The position numbers and the translations under genes are program-made. The notes below the pieces were generated by a model. It saw nothing but the letters and a program-made list of their open reading frames with translations. It was not told the DNA's origin and did not search any database. From positions 47,612-111,611 of IMG/VR virus record IMGVR_UViG_3300032242_001941: a DNA stretch of 64,000 bases; one strand, given 5' to 3'. The stretch is from a virus. Positions 10,037 through 19,304 of this stretch are shown piece by piece. The stretch's first letter is position 1, and the number at the start of each line of letters is the position of its first letter.

Positions 10037-12080
10037 AAAAATCTTAACAAGTCCGTGGACTGCTCTATTGACGCTGGCCTTAGTAGTGGGGTTACGGGTA
10101 GCAGACCCTACATTTGTTGAAAGCGTTCGTCTACGCTATTTTGATACGCTTATAACTAGTAAGCCTGCAGAAGTTATAGGTGTTAGTGTTGTAAACATTG
10201 ATGAAAAGGCATTAGAAAAATATGGACAATTTCCTTTCTCCCGCGATCAGTACGCTGCCATCGTCCGGGATTTATATCGCCGCAATGCTGGTCTTGTTGT
10301 TTTTAACATCCTTACTCCTGATCGCGATCGCATGGGGCATGATGCAGAATACATCCAAGCCCTTCGCCAGTATCCAACAATTCTCCCTAACATTGGGTCG
10401 CAAACTTCTCGTAATACTCCAAAAGCTCCTGGCTCAGTAGTCATAGGCCCATTTGGTCTAGATGCCTTTGTTACCTATCCTGGTATTATTGCTAACCAAC
10501 CTGCTATTGAAAATGCCGCAGTCGGTGTTGGTATTGTAAATACCTTGCCAGAAGTAGACGGTGTCGTTCGTCGCATGCCAATGGTAGTAGCATATGATGG
10601 CAAGTTGTACCCGAGCCTTGCTATGGAAACACTTCGAGTAGCTGGCGCCGACACCACTTTCCAAGTGAAGATCAACGAAACAGGCGTTGAGAAAATGCGC
10701 ATTCCAAAGTTTGGAGCTATTACAACAGATTCATTGAGCCGTATTTGGGTTGACTGGTCACTGGTACCAAGTAAATATGGTTTAACGGACTTGCCAAAAG
10801 ATTTTGAAGGTGAAATTGTTATTGTTGGTGTATCAGCACAAGGACTTGCAAACCCTGTAGCTACAAGCCTTGGCGAAATGCTACCACAAGATTTACAAGC
10901 AAGTGTATTGGGTACTGTAATTGCCAATAGAGATCGTCCGGCAATTACTCGCCCAGATTGGGCCGATGGTGCAGAAATTGTATTTGTCGTTACGGCAGGT
11001 ATTGTATTGTTATTTTTATCAAGGTGGGTTTATGTTGGACTTTGTTCATCTGTTTTTATACTCGGCGGGAGTATATTGCTGTCTCGTTGGGCTTATGGAA
11101 ATTACGCTTGGCTTGTGGACGCGACTATTCCAGTCGTTGGCCTTGGCCTTGTGCTTCTTCATGCTTATGGTGTTAAGTTCGTAAGTGAGTTTTTACAAAA
11201 GCAAGCAATCAAGAAACAGTTTGCTGGCTACTGCTCCAAAGAAGTAGTGGAGCTATTGCAAAAAGATCCAGACCTAATCAAACGCGGTGTGCGCAAAGAT
11301 GTCAGTGTCATGTTCTCAGACCTACGTGGCTTTACTCCTATCGGTGAACACTATGGTGATGATGTTGCTGGACTTGGAAAATATATGAACGGTTATATGG
11401 ATAGCATTAGTTGTCCTATTCTAGATAACAAAGGTATGATTATTAAGTATGTAGGTGATGCATCGATGCACATACACGGCGCTCCTATTGAAGATCCTAA
11501 TCACGCACATACTATTGTTAAGGTAGGACTTGAGATGTTAGATGCTGTGGATGAATACACTAAACTAATGGAAGCACAAGGATTACCTCCTGCCGCAATG
11601 GGTTGGGGTTGTAACTCAGGTATTGGCTTTATTGGTGAAATGGGAAGCACAGATAGACACAGCTATGACATCTTAGGTGACATGGTTTCAACAGCTGCAC
11701 GACTAGAAGCACGTTGTAAGGCCTATGGTGTGTTATGTATTATTGGTGCTGAAACATACAATAGAACTCGAGACGATTTCTTTTACTTGTTACTAGACAA
11801 CTTGCAACCAAAAGGCAAAACAGTAGCAGACTTAATCTATACAGTATTACGTACTAAAGGTGTAGACTACAGTAAAGATAAGGCACAACACGAAAAAATG
11901 CATGACTTGTACCGAGCTAAAAAGTTTGATGAAGCCGCCGCTATGTGTACTAAAATGAAAGGCACCTTTGGCGGGCAGATGGACAAGTACTACAAGATAT
12001 GGATTGAACGTTGCGAGTTTATGAAAGAACAAAATTTACCAGATAACTGGAATGGCGAATTTGTGGCACACGAAAAATAG
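10029..12080 (+). CDS. CHASE2-domain class III adenylate cyclase
   Basis: N-terminal TM, CHASE2 (VVNIDEKALEKYGQFPFSR, DGVVRR), 3 TMs, cyclase motifs FSDLRGFT, KYVGDA, YDILGDMVSTAARLE. Confidence 0.93.
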   Translation: MLKKILTSPWTALLTLALVVGLRVADPTFVESVRLRYFDTLITSKPAEVIGVSVVNIDEKALEKYGQFPFSRDQYAAIVRDLYRRNAGLVVFNILTPDRDRMGHDAEYIQALRQYPTILPNIGSQTSRNTPKAPGSVVIGPFGLDAFVTYPGIIANQPAIENAAVGVGIVNTLPEVDGVVRRMPMVVAYDGKLYPSLAMETLRVAGADTTFQVKINETGVEKMRIPKFGAITTDSLSRIWVDWSLVPSKYGLTDLPKDFEGEIVIVGVSAQGLANPVATSLGEMLPQDLQASVLGTVIANRDRPAITRPDWADGAEIVFVVTAGIVLLFLSRWVYVGLCSSVFILGGSILLSRWAYGNYAWLVDATIPVVGLGLVLLHAYGVKFVSEFLQKQAIKKQFAGYCSKEVVELLQKDPDLIKRGVRKDVSVMFSDLRGFTPIGEHYGDDVAGLGKYMNGYMDSISCPILDNKGMIIKYVGDASMHIHGAPIEDPNHAHTIVKVGLEMLDAVDEYTKLMEAQGLPPAAMGWGCNSGIGFIGEMGSTDRHSYDILGDMVSTAARLEARCKAYGVLCIIGAETYNRTRDDFFYLLLDNLQPKGKTVADLIYTVLRTKGVDYSKDKAQHEKMHDLYRAKKFDEAAAMCTKMKGTFGGQMDKYYKIWIERCEFMKEQNLPDNWNGEFVAHEK

Positions 12081-12132
12081 CCCTATAGTTAAACTTTAGA
12101 GGGGTTGTAAAAAGGTCATAATTAATGTTTAT

Positions 12133-12657
12133 ATGACCCGCACTATTCACAAATATCAATTACATCCATTTTGGGATGATGAATACAAACATTTATCCTA
12201 TGTTCATGAATCATTTAATGATCCTGAATTAACTAACACTTGGTTGGCCCAGGGTTATCCTGATCAATTTACCGGCGACATGTGTGATATGCGCAGTCCA
12301 CAACCCACGTGGAATCAACGATTTGTGGACATCTTTCGAGGGCAAGGGTGGCGAGACGTTGGTACCAGTTATTATCGAATGAATACTGGTACAGTATTAC
12401 CTACTCACAGTGACTTATACCTAAAATACATCGAACTTTTTAACTTACGAGGTCGCGAACATACCATACGCCGTGCTATAATATTTTTAGAAGATTGGCA
12501 ACCGGGCCACTATGCTGAATATCGAAATATTGCCTATGTGAATTGGCGAGCCGGTGCCACAATTGAATGGACATATGATACTCCACACATGGCAGCTAAT
12601 TTAGGATTAACTCCAAGATACACTTTACAAATAACAGGACACATAGATGGTCAATAG
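12133..12657 (+). CDS. 2OG-Fe(II) oxygenase-like (double-stranded beta-helix) protein
   Basis: LPTHSD (HxD)...PHMAAN (H)...RYTLQIT. Confidence 0.75.
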   Translation: MTRTIHKYQLHPFWDDEYKHLSYVHESFNDPELTNTWLAQGYPDQFTGDMCDMRSPQPTWNQRFVDIFRGQGWRDVGTSYYRMNTGTVLPTHSDLYLKYIELFNLRGREHTIRRAIIFLEDWQPGHYAEYRNIAYVNWRAGATIEWTYDTPHMAANLGLTPRYTLQITGHIDGQ

Positions 12658-13570
12658 TCGCAATGAATGGGATCCGTTAGAAGCTATTATTGTAGGTAGT
12701 GCTACCAATGCTAATTGGCCAATGACTGATCCAGTGTTTGCTGAAGAAGCTAGGAATAGCCTGTGGACCAAAACACCGGCACCCGGTGGCCCAGTGCCGC
12801 AGTTTATCGTTGATGAAGCTAATCGCGAATTAGACATCTTGTCAGAAACCCTAGTTCGATATGGCGCTACAGTTTATCGTCCTCGACCAATGGATTTTGT
12901 TAAACGCCAAGGCATGTACAACTATTGTCCAAGAGATCGACTACTAGTGGCCGGCGATACTGTAGTTGACTGCAACATGATGTATCCGTGTCGCAATCAG
13001 GAAATTGAAAATTATTATAGATTACTTGCAGATGCTTGTAACACATATACTATGCCTAGAGACCAAGATATGACCCTGGATGCCGCAAACATTTGTCGAC
13101 TTGGAGATACTTGGTTATTTTTACAATCAGCATCGGGTAGTATTTCTGCGTACTATTGGTTAAAGTCAAAATTCCCTAAAATTACAATTGAGCTGTGTAA
13201 CTTTTACGCAGGTGTCCATATTGATTCTACTATTACTCCTTTGCGTGAAGGACTAGTCATGTTAAATGCCGGACGTGTTACTGAAGATAACTGTCCACAA
13301 GCATTTCAAGATTGGGAAAAAATTTGGGTCACAGAAAACATGATTGTAGCACAAGACTTTTATCAATATCCTTATGCGTCAAAATGGATAGCTATGAATA
13401 TGTTGGTCTTGGATCCAGAAACTGTAATCATAGATGCCGCACAAACAGAGCTAATTACTATACTGAAGTCCCGAGGAATTGATTCAATTCCCTTGACACT
13501 AAGCCATAGTAGAACACTAGGCGGCGGATTTCATTGTGTAACCTTGGATACTCGTAGACGTCATGCATAA
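12647..13570 (+). CDS. amidinotransferase (glycine/inosamine-phosphate amidinotransferase family)
   Basis: NEWDPLEAIIVG, CPRD, DAAN, HIDST, LGGGFHCVTLD. Confidence 0.9.
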   Translation: MVNSRNEWDPLEAIIVGSATNANWPMTDPVFAEEARNSLWTKTPAPGGPVPQFIVDEANRELDILSETLVRYGATVYRPRPMDFVKRQGMYNYCPRDRLLVAGDTVVDCNMMYPCRNQEIENYYRLLADACNTYTMPRDQDMTLDAANICRLGDTWLFLQSASGSISAYYWLKSKFPKITIELCNFYAGVHIDSTITPLREGLVMLNAGRVTEDNCPQAFQDWEKIWVTENMIVAQDFYQYPYASKWIAMNMLVLDPETVIIDAAQTELITILKSRGIDSIPLTLSHSRTLGGGFHCVTLDTRRRHA

Positions 13571-14126
13571 AATAAAAGAAAAAATTAGTTGGGTATTATC
13601 AGATTCTGTAGTATTAGATCCTACACAGGATATCGAAGAACTTAAACGAGTTGGTGCATTTTGGGGAAGTTGGCGCACCTGGAGAGCCTGTCAAACAGAC
13701 AACGTAATCTGTCACGATCAGATCAAGGCCGACGAGTTGATACAACGAGAATTTCAAAAGTCCTGTAATTTTTACATACCAGAATCGGTTAATGCTAGTA
13801 TTAATCGACCCGAGGGTGTAAAAGTGTATGCTGGAGAATTTGTACATAATGTAATAAAGCAAGAAGAAATTGTGGCCATGCATTTGGCTGCAACCACCAG
13901 TGATATTGTTATAATGCTAGGATGGGATCTTACTACACTTGAGGCCAATGCAGATCGTTTGCAGGCCAATCAAGCACAGCATCATCGTAATTTGGTGCAA
14001 CAGGCCTTTATAACTTACAACCAGATTCAATGGGTCATAGTAGATCATGCAGGTCCAATTGATCCAAATTTAACTGATTTGGACAATGTAGTCACCGATA
14101 CTTTGGCTACAGTTTTACACTTATAA
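13563..14126 (+). CDS. hypothetical protein
   Basis: 187-aa ORF in operon. Confidence 0.7.
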   Translation: MHKIKEKISWVLSDSVVLDPTQDIEELKRVGAFWGSWRTWRACQTDNVICHDQIKADELIQREFQKSCNFYIPESVNASINRPEGVKVYAGEFVHNVIKQEEIVAMHLAATTSDIVIMLGWDLTTLEANADRLQANQAQHHRNLVQQAFITYNQIQWVIVDHAGPIDPNLTDLDNVVTDTLATVLHL

Positions 14127-14128
14127 CC

Positions 14129-14157
14129 TTGACAATTAATACATATTGCCGTATAAT
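14129..14157 (+). promoter_or_regulatory. sigma70 promoter (leaderless start at 14164)
   Basis: TTGACA-17-TATAAT, ATG 6 nt after the -10. Confidence 0.75.
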
Positions 14158-14163
14158 AGCAGT

Positions 14164-14469
14164 ATGACTAAGAAAACTGGCAATTATACTGCTCCTGACA
14201 AATCAGACTTGCATAGATGGTATGTTTATACACATACCGATCCGGCAACTGGAGAAATTGTTTATGTAGGCGAAGGTACTGGTCAGCGATTTTCAGCCGT
14301 TAACACTCGAGCAAGCGACCATTCTTGGTTTCTTAAAGAAGTAATACATGACAAACGGCTAGACTGTTTTCAGATTGTTGAATCACGGTTAACTAAAGAA
14401 GAAGCAAGAGCACTAGAGTATCAACTAATTACCAAATATAAACCAAAATTTAATAAAGCGATGAAATGA
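14164..14469 (+). CDS. small GIY-YIG-family nuclease
   Basis: WYVYTH...VYVGEG...R...E..LI...KPKFN. Confidence 0.75.
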   Translation: MTKKTGNYTAPDKSDLHRWYVYTHTDPATGEIVYVGEGTGQRFSAVNTRASDHSWFLKEVIHDKRLDCFQIVESRLTKEEARALEYQLITKYKPKFNKAMK

Positions 14470-15491
14470 TTAAACGTATTGGTTTTTGTTGCAAATGGCT
14501 CAATGATCCGTCTGAATGTGGCGGCATGAAGGTCAATGCAGTGGATCGGGACCTTAACGGGCGTTCAACTACCATGCGTTGGTTGCGTGAGCACCCTGCA
14601 GAAGCCGAACAGCGCCAGTGGGACATCATGAATCACAACACCGCTGCCGCTGTCAAGTTGATCGAGCGTGTGGCCACATTACCGCCTGAACGTCGCATGG
14701 TGAGGTTAGGCAGTGAAATGCTACAGGGCTATACTGAACCGTCATGGATTGACTGGTGGCAACAGACTGATGTGCAGAATCATTTGGAAAAGATTTTTGC
14801 TCCTATAGGCGAAACTGCTCGTAGATTGGATGTGCGACTGAGTTTTCATCCTGGACAGTTTTGTGTGTTGGCCAGTGAGAATCCTGGCATTGTGGGAAGA
14901 TCTATACAGGAGTTTGAATATCATGCAGATATGGCCAGGTGGATGGGTTATGGCAAATCATTTCAGGACTTTAAGATCAACGTCCACATATCGGGTAAAC
15001 GCGGTCCCGAAGGTTTACGAGACGCCTACAGCAAACTCTCACCCGAAGCCCGTAACTGTATTACTATTGAAAACGAAGAAAATTCTTGGGGGTTAAATGA
15101 TTGTCTTACCATTTCTGATATTGTGCCTGTTGTGCTCGATATTCATCATTACTGGATCCGTGAGGGAGCCTACATCCTACCTGGAGACGACCGTGTTAAA
15201 AGAGTTGTTGACAGTTGGCGCGGTGTTCGTCCTGCTATGCATTACAGTGTCAGCAGGGAAGATATACTTGTCGGACACAATGCCAACCAAGCACCTGACT
15301 ATCCGGCACTTCTGGTAGCGGGTTATAAGAAACAGAAACTAAGAGCACACTCAGACTTTTACTGGAATCAATCTGTAACTGACTGGGCCTTGAGTTTCTG
15401 GGAACAGTTTGATATACAGTGCGAGTCAAAGGGCAAGAACTTGGCCAGTGCTCAGGTCTATGCTCGTGCGGTAGAGTTGAATTTGGTTTAA
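14466..15491 (+). CDS. uvsE: UV-damage endonuclease (UvsE/UVDE)
   Basis: RIGFCC, RLSFHPGQFCVLAS, INVHISG, IENEE, VLDIHH, AHSD. Confidence 0.92.
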   Translation: MIKRIGFCCKWLNDPSECGGMKVNAVDRDLNGRSTTMRWLREHPAEAEQRQWDIMNHNTAAAVKLIERVATLPPERRMVRLGSEMLQGYTEPSWIDWWQQTDVQNHLEKIFAPIGETARRLDVRLSFHPGQFCVLASENPGIVGRSIQEFEYHADMARWMGYGKSFQDFKINVHISGKRGPEGLRDAYSKLSPEARNCITIENEENSWGLNDCLTISDIVPVVLDIHHYWIREGAYILPGDDRVKRVVDSWRGVRPAMHYSVSREDILVGHNANQAPDYPALLVAGYKKQKLRAHSDFYWNQSVTDWALSFWEQFDIQCESKGKNLASAQVYARAVELNLV

Positions 15492-15724
15492 TGGAGCAGT
15501 TAAAACTTTGGCCACCGCCTGAGTGGACAGAATGCGTAGTTACATGGGATTCGATATTAGAATCAAAAGAAGTTCATCCTCAAGAGTTATATGATTGGTG
15601 CGATGGTCACCCTAGCCCAAGTAGATATCACGTACACGGTTGGCGATCAACTTACGGATTTGCGTTTAGATTTGAGAATCCGCATGATGCAATCTTGTTT
15701 AAATTAATTTGGAAATGTGAGTGA
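15491..15724 (+). CDS. small hypothetical protein (F-x-F...D...F-x-L-x-W family)
   Basis: ends GFAFRFENPHDAILFKLIW. Confidence 0.65.
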   Translation: MEQLKLWPPPEWTECVVTWDSILESKEVHPQELYDWCDGHPSPSRYHVHGWRSTYGFAFRFENPHDAILFKLIWKCE

Positions 15725-16618
15725 ATGCCAAAAATTTTATACATAATCGAGCCAACAGTTGATTTTAACCTGACTGAACCAACATCTGTACTGTTAACTC
15801 ATTGCAACGACAAGTTAATACACGACAAGTATCATACATCTCTCGGCGATTTAACACGTCAAGAAATATGTTCTATTGTTGATCAATTTGATTCGATATC
15901 ATTTGTTGAAAATGGATTTGATAAAAGTTCAACTATCTATAAAGAAACATTAATTTTGTTAAATTTTTTACAGCATCGTCATACTGTAGTAAATTTTACT
16001 AAAGATAATGTAATTAACTTTATCAATGACCAAGATCTTGTTCAGCGTCCTGACACGCCAGTATTATGGGTCTTTGGGTGCAGTCATAGTCATGGAGTTG
16101 GTCTAGACAGTTTTGAGCAATGCTACAGCAGTATAGTGAGTAAACAATTAAACTTACCATTAAAATCAATCACTCAACCTGGTAGTTCATTGGGTTGGAG
16201 TTTCAGGCACATGATGCAGGCCAATATACGATCCGACGATTTAGTAATTTGGCAGTTGACTACGCCTGAAAGATTTACAAAAGCAGTAGACTTTACCGGG
16301 AAATGCAAAGAGATATTGCTAAAAAATGCCAGTGTAGAAGAAGTTTTATTTTGGTCTGACTTGCAACTATTTTATAATCATGTAAATTATTTAAACATTG
16401 GTTTAAAATTTCTTAGAAATTTAAAAGTAAAATCAATTATTACATCTCTTGATAATATGAGCGATCTTTATTATCAATGTTTATTGGAATATACCAAGCA
16501 TCCGGAGTATTGTTATCTTCCGGGATACAATGTTGATACCGGCAACGACAATACACATTTTGGACCATTGACCCATCAAAATTTGGCCAATGGAATATTG
16601 AAGTTTTTATCAAATTAG
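15725..16618 (+). CDS. SGNH-hydrolase-like protein
   Basis: FGCSHSHGVG block I; DNTHFG (DxxH). Confidence 0.65.
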   Translation: MPKILYIIEPTVDFNLTEPTSVLLTHCNDKLIHDKYHTSLGDLTRQEICSIVDQFDSISFVENGFDKSSTIYKETLILLNFLQHRHTVVNFTKDNVINFINDQDLVQRPDTPVLWVFGCSHSHGVGLDSFEQCYSSIVSKQLNLPLKSITQPGSSLGWSFRHMMQANIRSDDLVIWQLTTPERFTKAVDFTGKCKEILLKNASVEEVLFWSDLQLFYNHVNYLNIGLKFLRNLKVKSIITSLDNMSDLYYQCLLEYTKHPEYCYLPGYNVDTGNDNTHFGPLTHQNLANGILKFLSN

Positions 16619-16625
16619 GAATAAC

Positions 16626-16928
16626 ATGGATTTTATTTTTGTAGGTGCAGGCAATCTGTGGAATTATGTCAAGCAAGATTGGAAGTCTAATCGTGTACGC
16701 TTTTGTGCAGAAGTGTTTGCCTGGGCATGTAGTGTTGTAAGTGCTGTGATATTTGCAGCCACAGTGCCCAATATTCCAGTGGTGCCGCTTTATACAATTT
16801 TTATTGCTGGTTGTTGTGCCAGTGCTTGGGCCTGCTGGACTAGACGGAGTTTTGGCCTAATGGCTAACTCCGTGTTCTTAGTCACAATTGATAGCATCGG
16901 ACTTGTCCGATACTTTTTACAACATTAA
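16626..16928 (+). CDS. small multi-TM membrane protein
   Basis: three hydrophobic helices. Confidence 0.7.
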   Translation: MDFIFVGAGNLWNYVKQDWKSNRVRFCAEVFAWACSVVSAVIFAATVPNIPVVPLYTIFIAGCCASAWACWTRRSFGLMANSVFLVTIDSIGLVRYFLQH

Positions 16929-17122
16929 GCCTTGGGAGCCTTTGATTTACGAGCAGTAGTCTTTTTAGAGGCTGGTTTCTTTTCAGATTTTGGTTTAGAG
17001 GCTTTGGCAGGCTTCTCAACCGGAAAATCTGGCACTACCGGCGCGGATGCTTCTACCTTGTAAGGTGCTGGAGCCTTGTCTGGTTCAGCTGCACTAAAAA
17101 TCTTTTTCAAAAATTCTAACAT
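16925..17122 (-). CDS. small protein with Lys/Ala/Pro-rich tail
   Basis: SD AAGGAG and TAAATA upstream on the minus strand. Confidence 0.65.
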   Translation of the reverse strand: MLEFLKKIFSAAEPDKAPAPYKVEASAPVVPDFPVEKPAKASKPKSEKKPASKKTTARKSKAPKA

Positions 17123-17250
17123 AATAAATCTCCTTGTTGAATATTTAGTTCAAAATGGTCACGGTCATAAAAGTTTAATATTATGCGGCAGTGCATGAGA
17201 TAAATAAAAGACTCAGTAGAAACACTGAGAACATCAAGAGGAGACACAAA

Positions 17251-17391
17251 ATGTCAAAAATTTTTAAAGAACTTACCCAGTTCCTAGCAAAGCAACCCAG
17301 TGCATTAGAAGCATTTATCAACAGTAAAAATCCACAAACTCACGCAGATGTTGAGTTTTGGTCCAAATATTTCGAATATAGAGGACTATAA
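17251..17391 (+). CDS. small hypothetical protein
   Basis: SD GAGGAG; LEAFINSKNPQTHADVEFW. Confidence 0.6.
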   Translation: MSKIFKELTQFLAKQPSALEAFINSKNPQTHADVEFWSKYFEYRGL

Positions 17392-17392
17392 T

Positions 17393-17533
17393 ATGAAAAT
17401 ATTAAACGCTATCTGGAATTTTTTTGTAGCAATAGGCGAAGCCAAATATGCCGCTGACCTGGCTCGCAATGGCAAGTATAAAGAAGCACAAGCCTGTTAC
17501 GCAGACAATCAGGGTATTTGCCGAGGTCTGTAA
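17393..17533 (+). CDS. small hypothetical protein
   Basis: SD GAGGA; coupled to the GNAT gene. Confidence 0.55.
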   Translation: MKILNAIWNFFVAIGEAKYAADLARNGKYKEAQACYADNQGICRGL

Positions 17534-18087
17534 TGATCTTTACTGAATTTCTACCCGTCAAAGACTATCCAAAGTTTGGCGACTGGCTAAGAATTCAAGA
17601 CGAGGAAACTCGTCAACTATATTTTGGTGTATCGGGGAGCCAACACGTTATTCAAGCCCTAATGGATCGTGTAATTGGTAACCCCGAAGAGCACTTCTTT
17701 TTAATAGCTCAAGACGGCAACCATTGGGCAGGCACAATACATATTGCTGTTAGTGGTAAGATAGTAGAATTTGGTCTTATTGTGAACAAGGAATATCGTG
17801 GACAAGGTGTTGCTGGTCTAATGCTTGAAGAAGCAATACTATGGGCTCGCAACCGCGGATATACCGAACTTTTTATGCACTGCCTGGGCTGGAATAAACC
17901 CATACAACACTTGTGTCATAAACACGGGCTAGCCACGCAAAATATGTACGGTGACTCAGAAGTAGAGTTAAAGCTAGACCCTGCTAACTGGATTACAATC
18001 AATAAAGAAATCTGTATCAAACAGCGCAACTTATTTCATCGTTTTTTACAAAATAATACTATGTTATATCGCGAGATATACGGCTAA
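17533..18087 (+). CDS. GNAT acetyltransferase
   Basis: VEFGLIVNKEYRGQGVAG acetyl-CoA motif; CLGWNKPI. Confidence 0.88.
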   Translation: MIFTEFLPVKDYPKFGDWLRIQDEETRQLYFGVSGSQHVIQALMDRVIGNPEEHFFLIAQDGNHWAGTIHIAVSGKIVEFGLIVNKEYRGQGVAGLMLEEAILWARNRGYTELFMHCLGWNKPIQHLCHKHGLATQNMYGDSEVELKLDPANWITINKEICIKQRNLFHRFLQNNTMLYREIYG

Positions 18088-18094
18088 GTAATTG

Positions 18095-18805
18095 ATGTAC
18101 ATAATCTTATCAACCCTGGTAATGGTTCAACTTACTATAGCCTGTGTTACCTTATACCTACACCGTAGCCAAGCTCATAGAGGTGTAACATTCCACCCTG
18201 CGGTAGCACACGCCATGCGTTTTTGGTTATGGCTAACTACCGCTATGGTCACAGAAGAGTGGGTAGCAGTACACCGTAAGCACCATCAAAAGTCAGATCA
18301 GCCCGGTGATCCACATAGCCCACAAGTCCACGGCATTTGGACGGTGTTGTTTAAAGGCGTTTTCCTTTATAAACAAGCTGCTAAGGATCGTGTGATGATT
18401 GCACAACTAAGCACAGGCACACCGGACGACTGGATTGAGCGCCATTTATACAAACGGTATAACACGTTAGGTATCGTCCTAATGCTTATTATAGATCTAT
18501 GCTTGTTTGGTCTATGGGGTTGGTTAGTGTGGGGCATTCAAATGCTTTGGATTCCCTTATGGGCGGCTGGAGTTATTAACGGCCTTAGTCATTGGTGGGG
18601 CTATCGCAACACAGATACCAAAGATACATCACGCAACTTATGGCCATTGGCTGTATGGATTGGCGGTGAGGAACTGCACAACAATCATCACGCAGATGGC
18701 GCCAATGCTAAATTCAAACAAAAATGGTGGGAATTAGACATTGGTTGGGTCTATATTTGCATACTGCGTTACTTGGGTTTGGCAAAATTAAGAGAGAAAA
18801 GCTAG
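18095..18805 (+). CDS. acyl-CoA/fatty acid desaturase (delta-9 type)
   Basis: His boxes HRSQAH, HRKHH, DPHSP, GEELHNNHH. Confidence 0.92.
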   Translation: MYIILSTLVMVQLTIACVTLYLHRSQAHRGVTFHPAVAHAMRFWLWLTTAMVTEEWVAVHRKHHQKSDQPGDPHSPQVHGIWTVLFKGVFLYKQAAKDRVMIAQLSTGTPDDWIERHLYKRYNTLGIVLMLIIDLCLFGLWGWLVWGIQMLWIPLWAAGVINGLSHWWGYRNTDTKDTSRNLWPLAVWIGGEELHNNHHADGANAKFKQKWWELDIGWVYICILRYLGLAKLREKS

Positions 18806-18927
18806 CCAAAAAGATTGCAAAAAATGTGCGGTTGCAATATAATTGATAAATAATATTGCAGGACAGCAAATGCCAAATTGGTTGGGTTTGTGAGAGTCCT
18901 TCGAATTGTCCCTTTAGGAGATTTACC

Positions 18928-19173
18928 ATGGAATTATTTAATACATTTAAAGACGCATTAAACCCAGCTAAGTTTATTGATCAAGCTGAAAAGAACACCA
19001 CGGCTGTCTTGTCTTATATACAGCCCAAAGAACTCAGCAACACTTTGATTGACTTAACATCCGATACCACTGAGTTTGTTCGCGCACAATTGGCTGCAGT
19101 TGAGTCAATTGCAACTATTACCAAAGAGCACACTGAAGAATTTATCAAAAGTTTTTCTAAATCAGCTAAGTAA
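18928..19173 (+). CDS. small helical protein, possibly phasin-like
   Basis: SD AGGAG; 81-aa amphipathic helical sequence. Confidence 0.45.
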   Translation: MELFNTFKDALNPAKFIDQAEKNTTAVLSYIQPKELSNTLIDLTSDTTEFVRAQLAAVESIATITKEHTEEFIKSFSKSAK

Positions 19174-19225
19174 TAAACACATCCTGTAGGCCTCTGTAAA
19201 CAAGCACACTTTATAGGATCTTCTG

Positions 19226-19250
19226 AGCCCGGGTAACCGGGCTTTCTCTT
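19226..19250 (+). terminator. intrinsic terminator
   Basis: AGCCCGG-GTAA-CCGGGCT-TTCTCTT. Confidence 0.65.
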
Positions 19251-19304
19251 GGGTTACTAACCCTAACAGAGCTCGCTAAATACCTAGTCCAATTGGAGAG
19301 CAAA

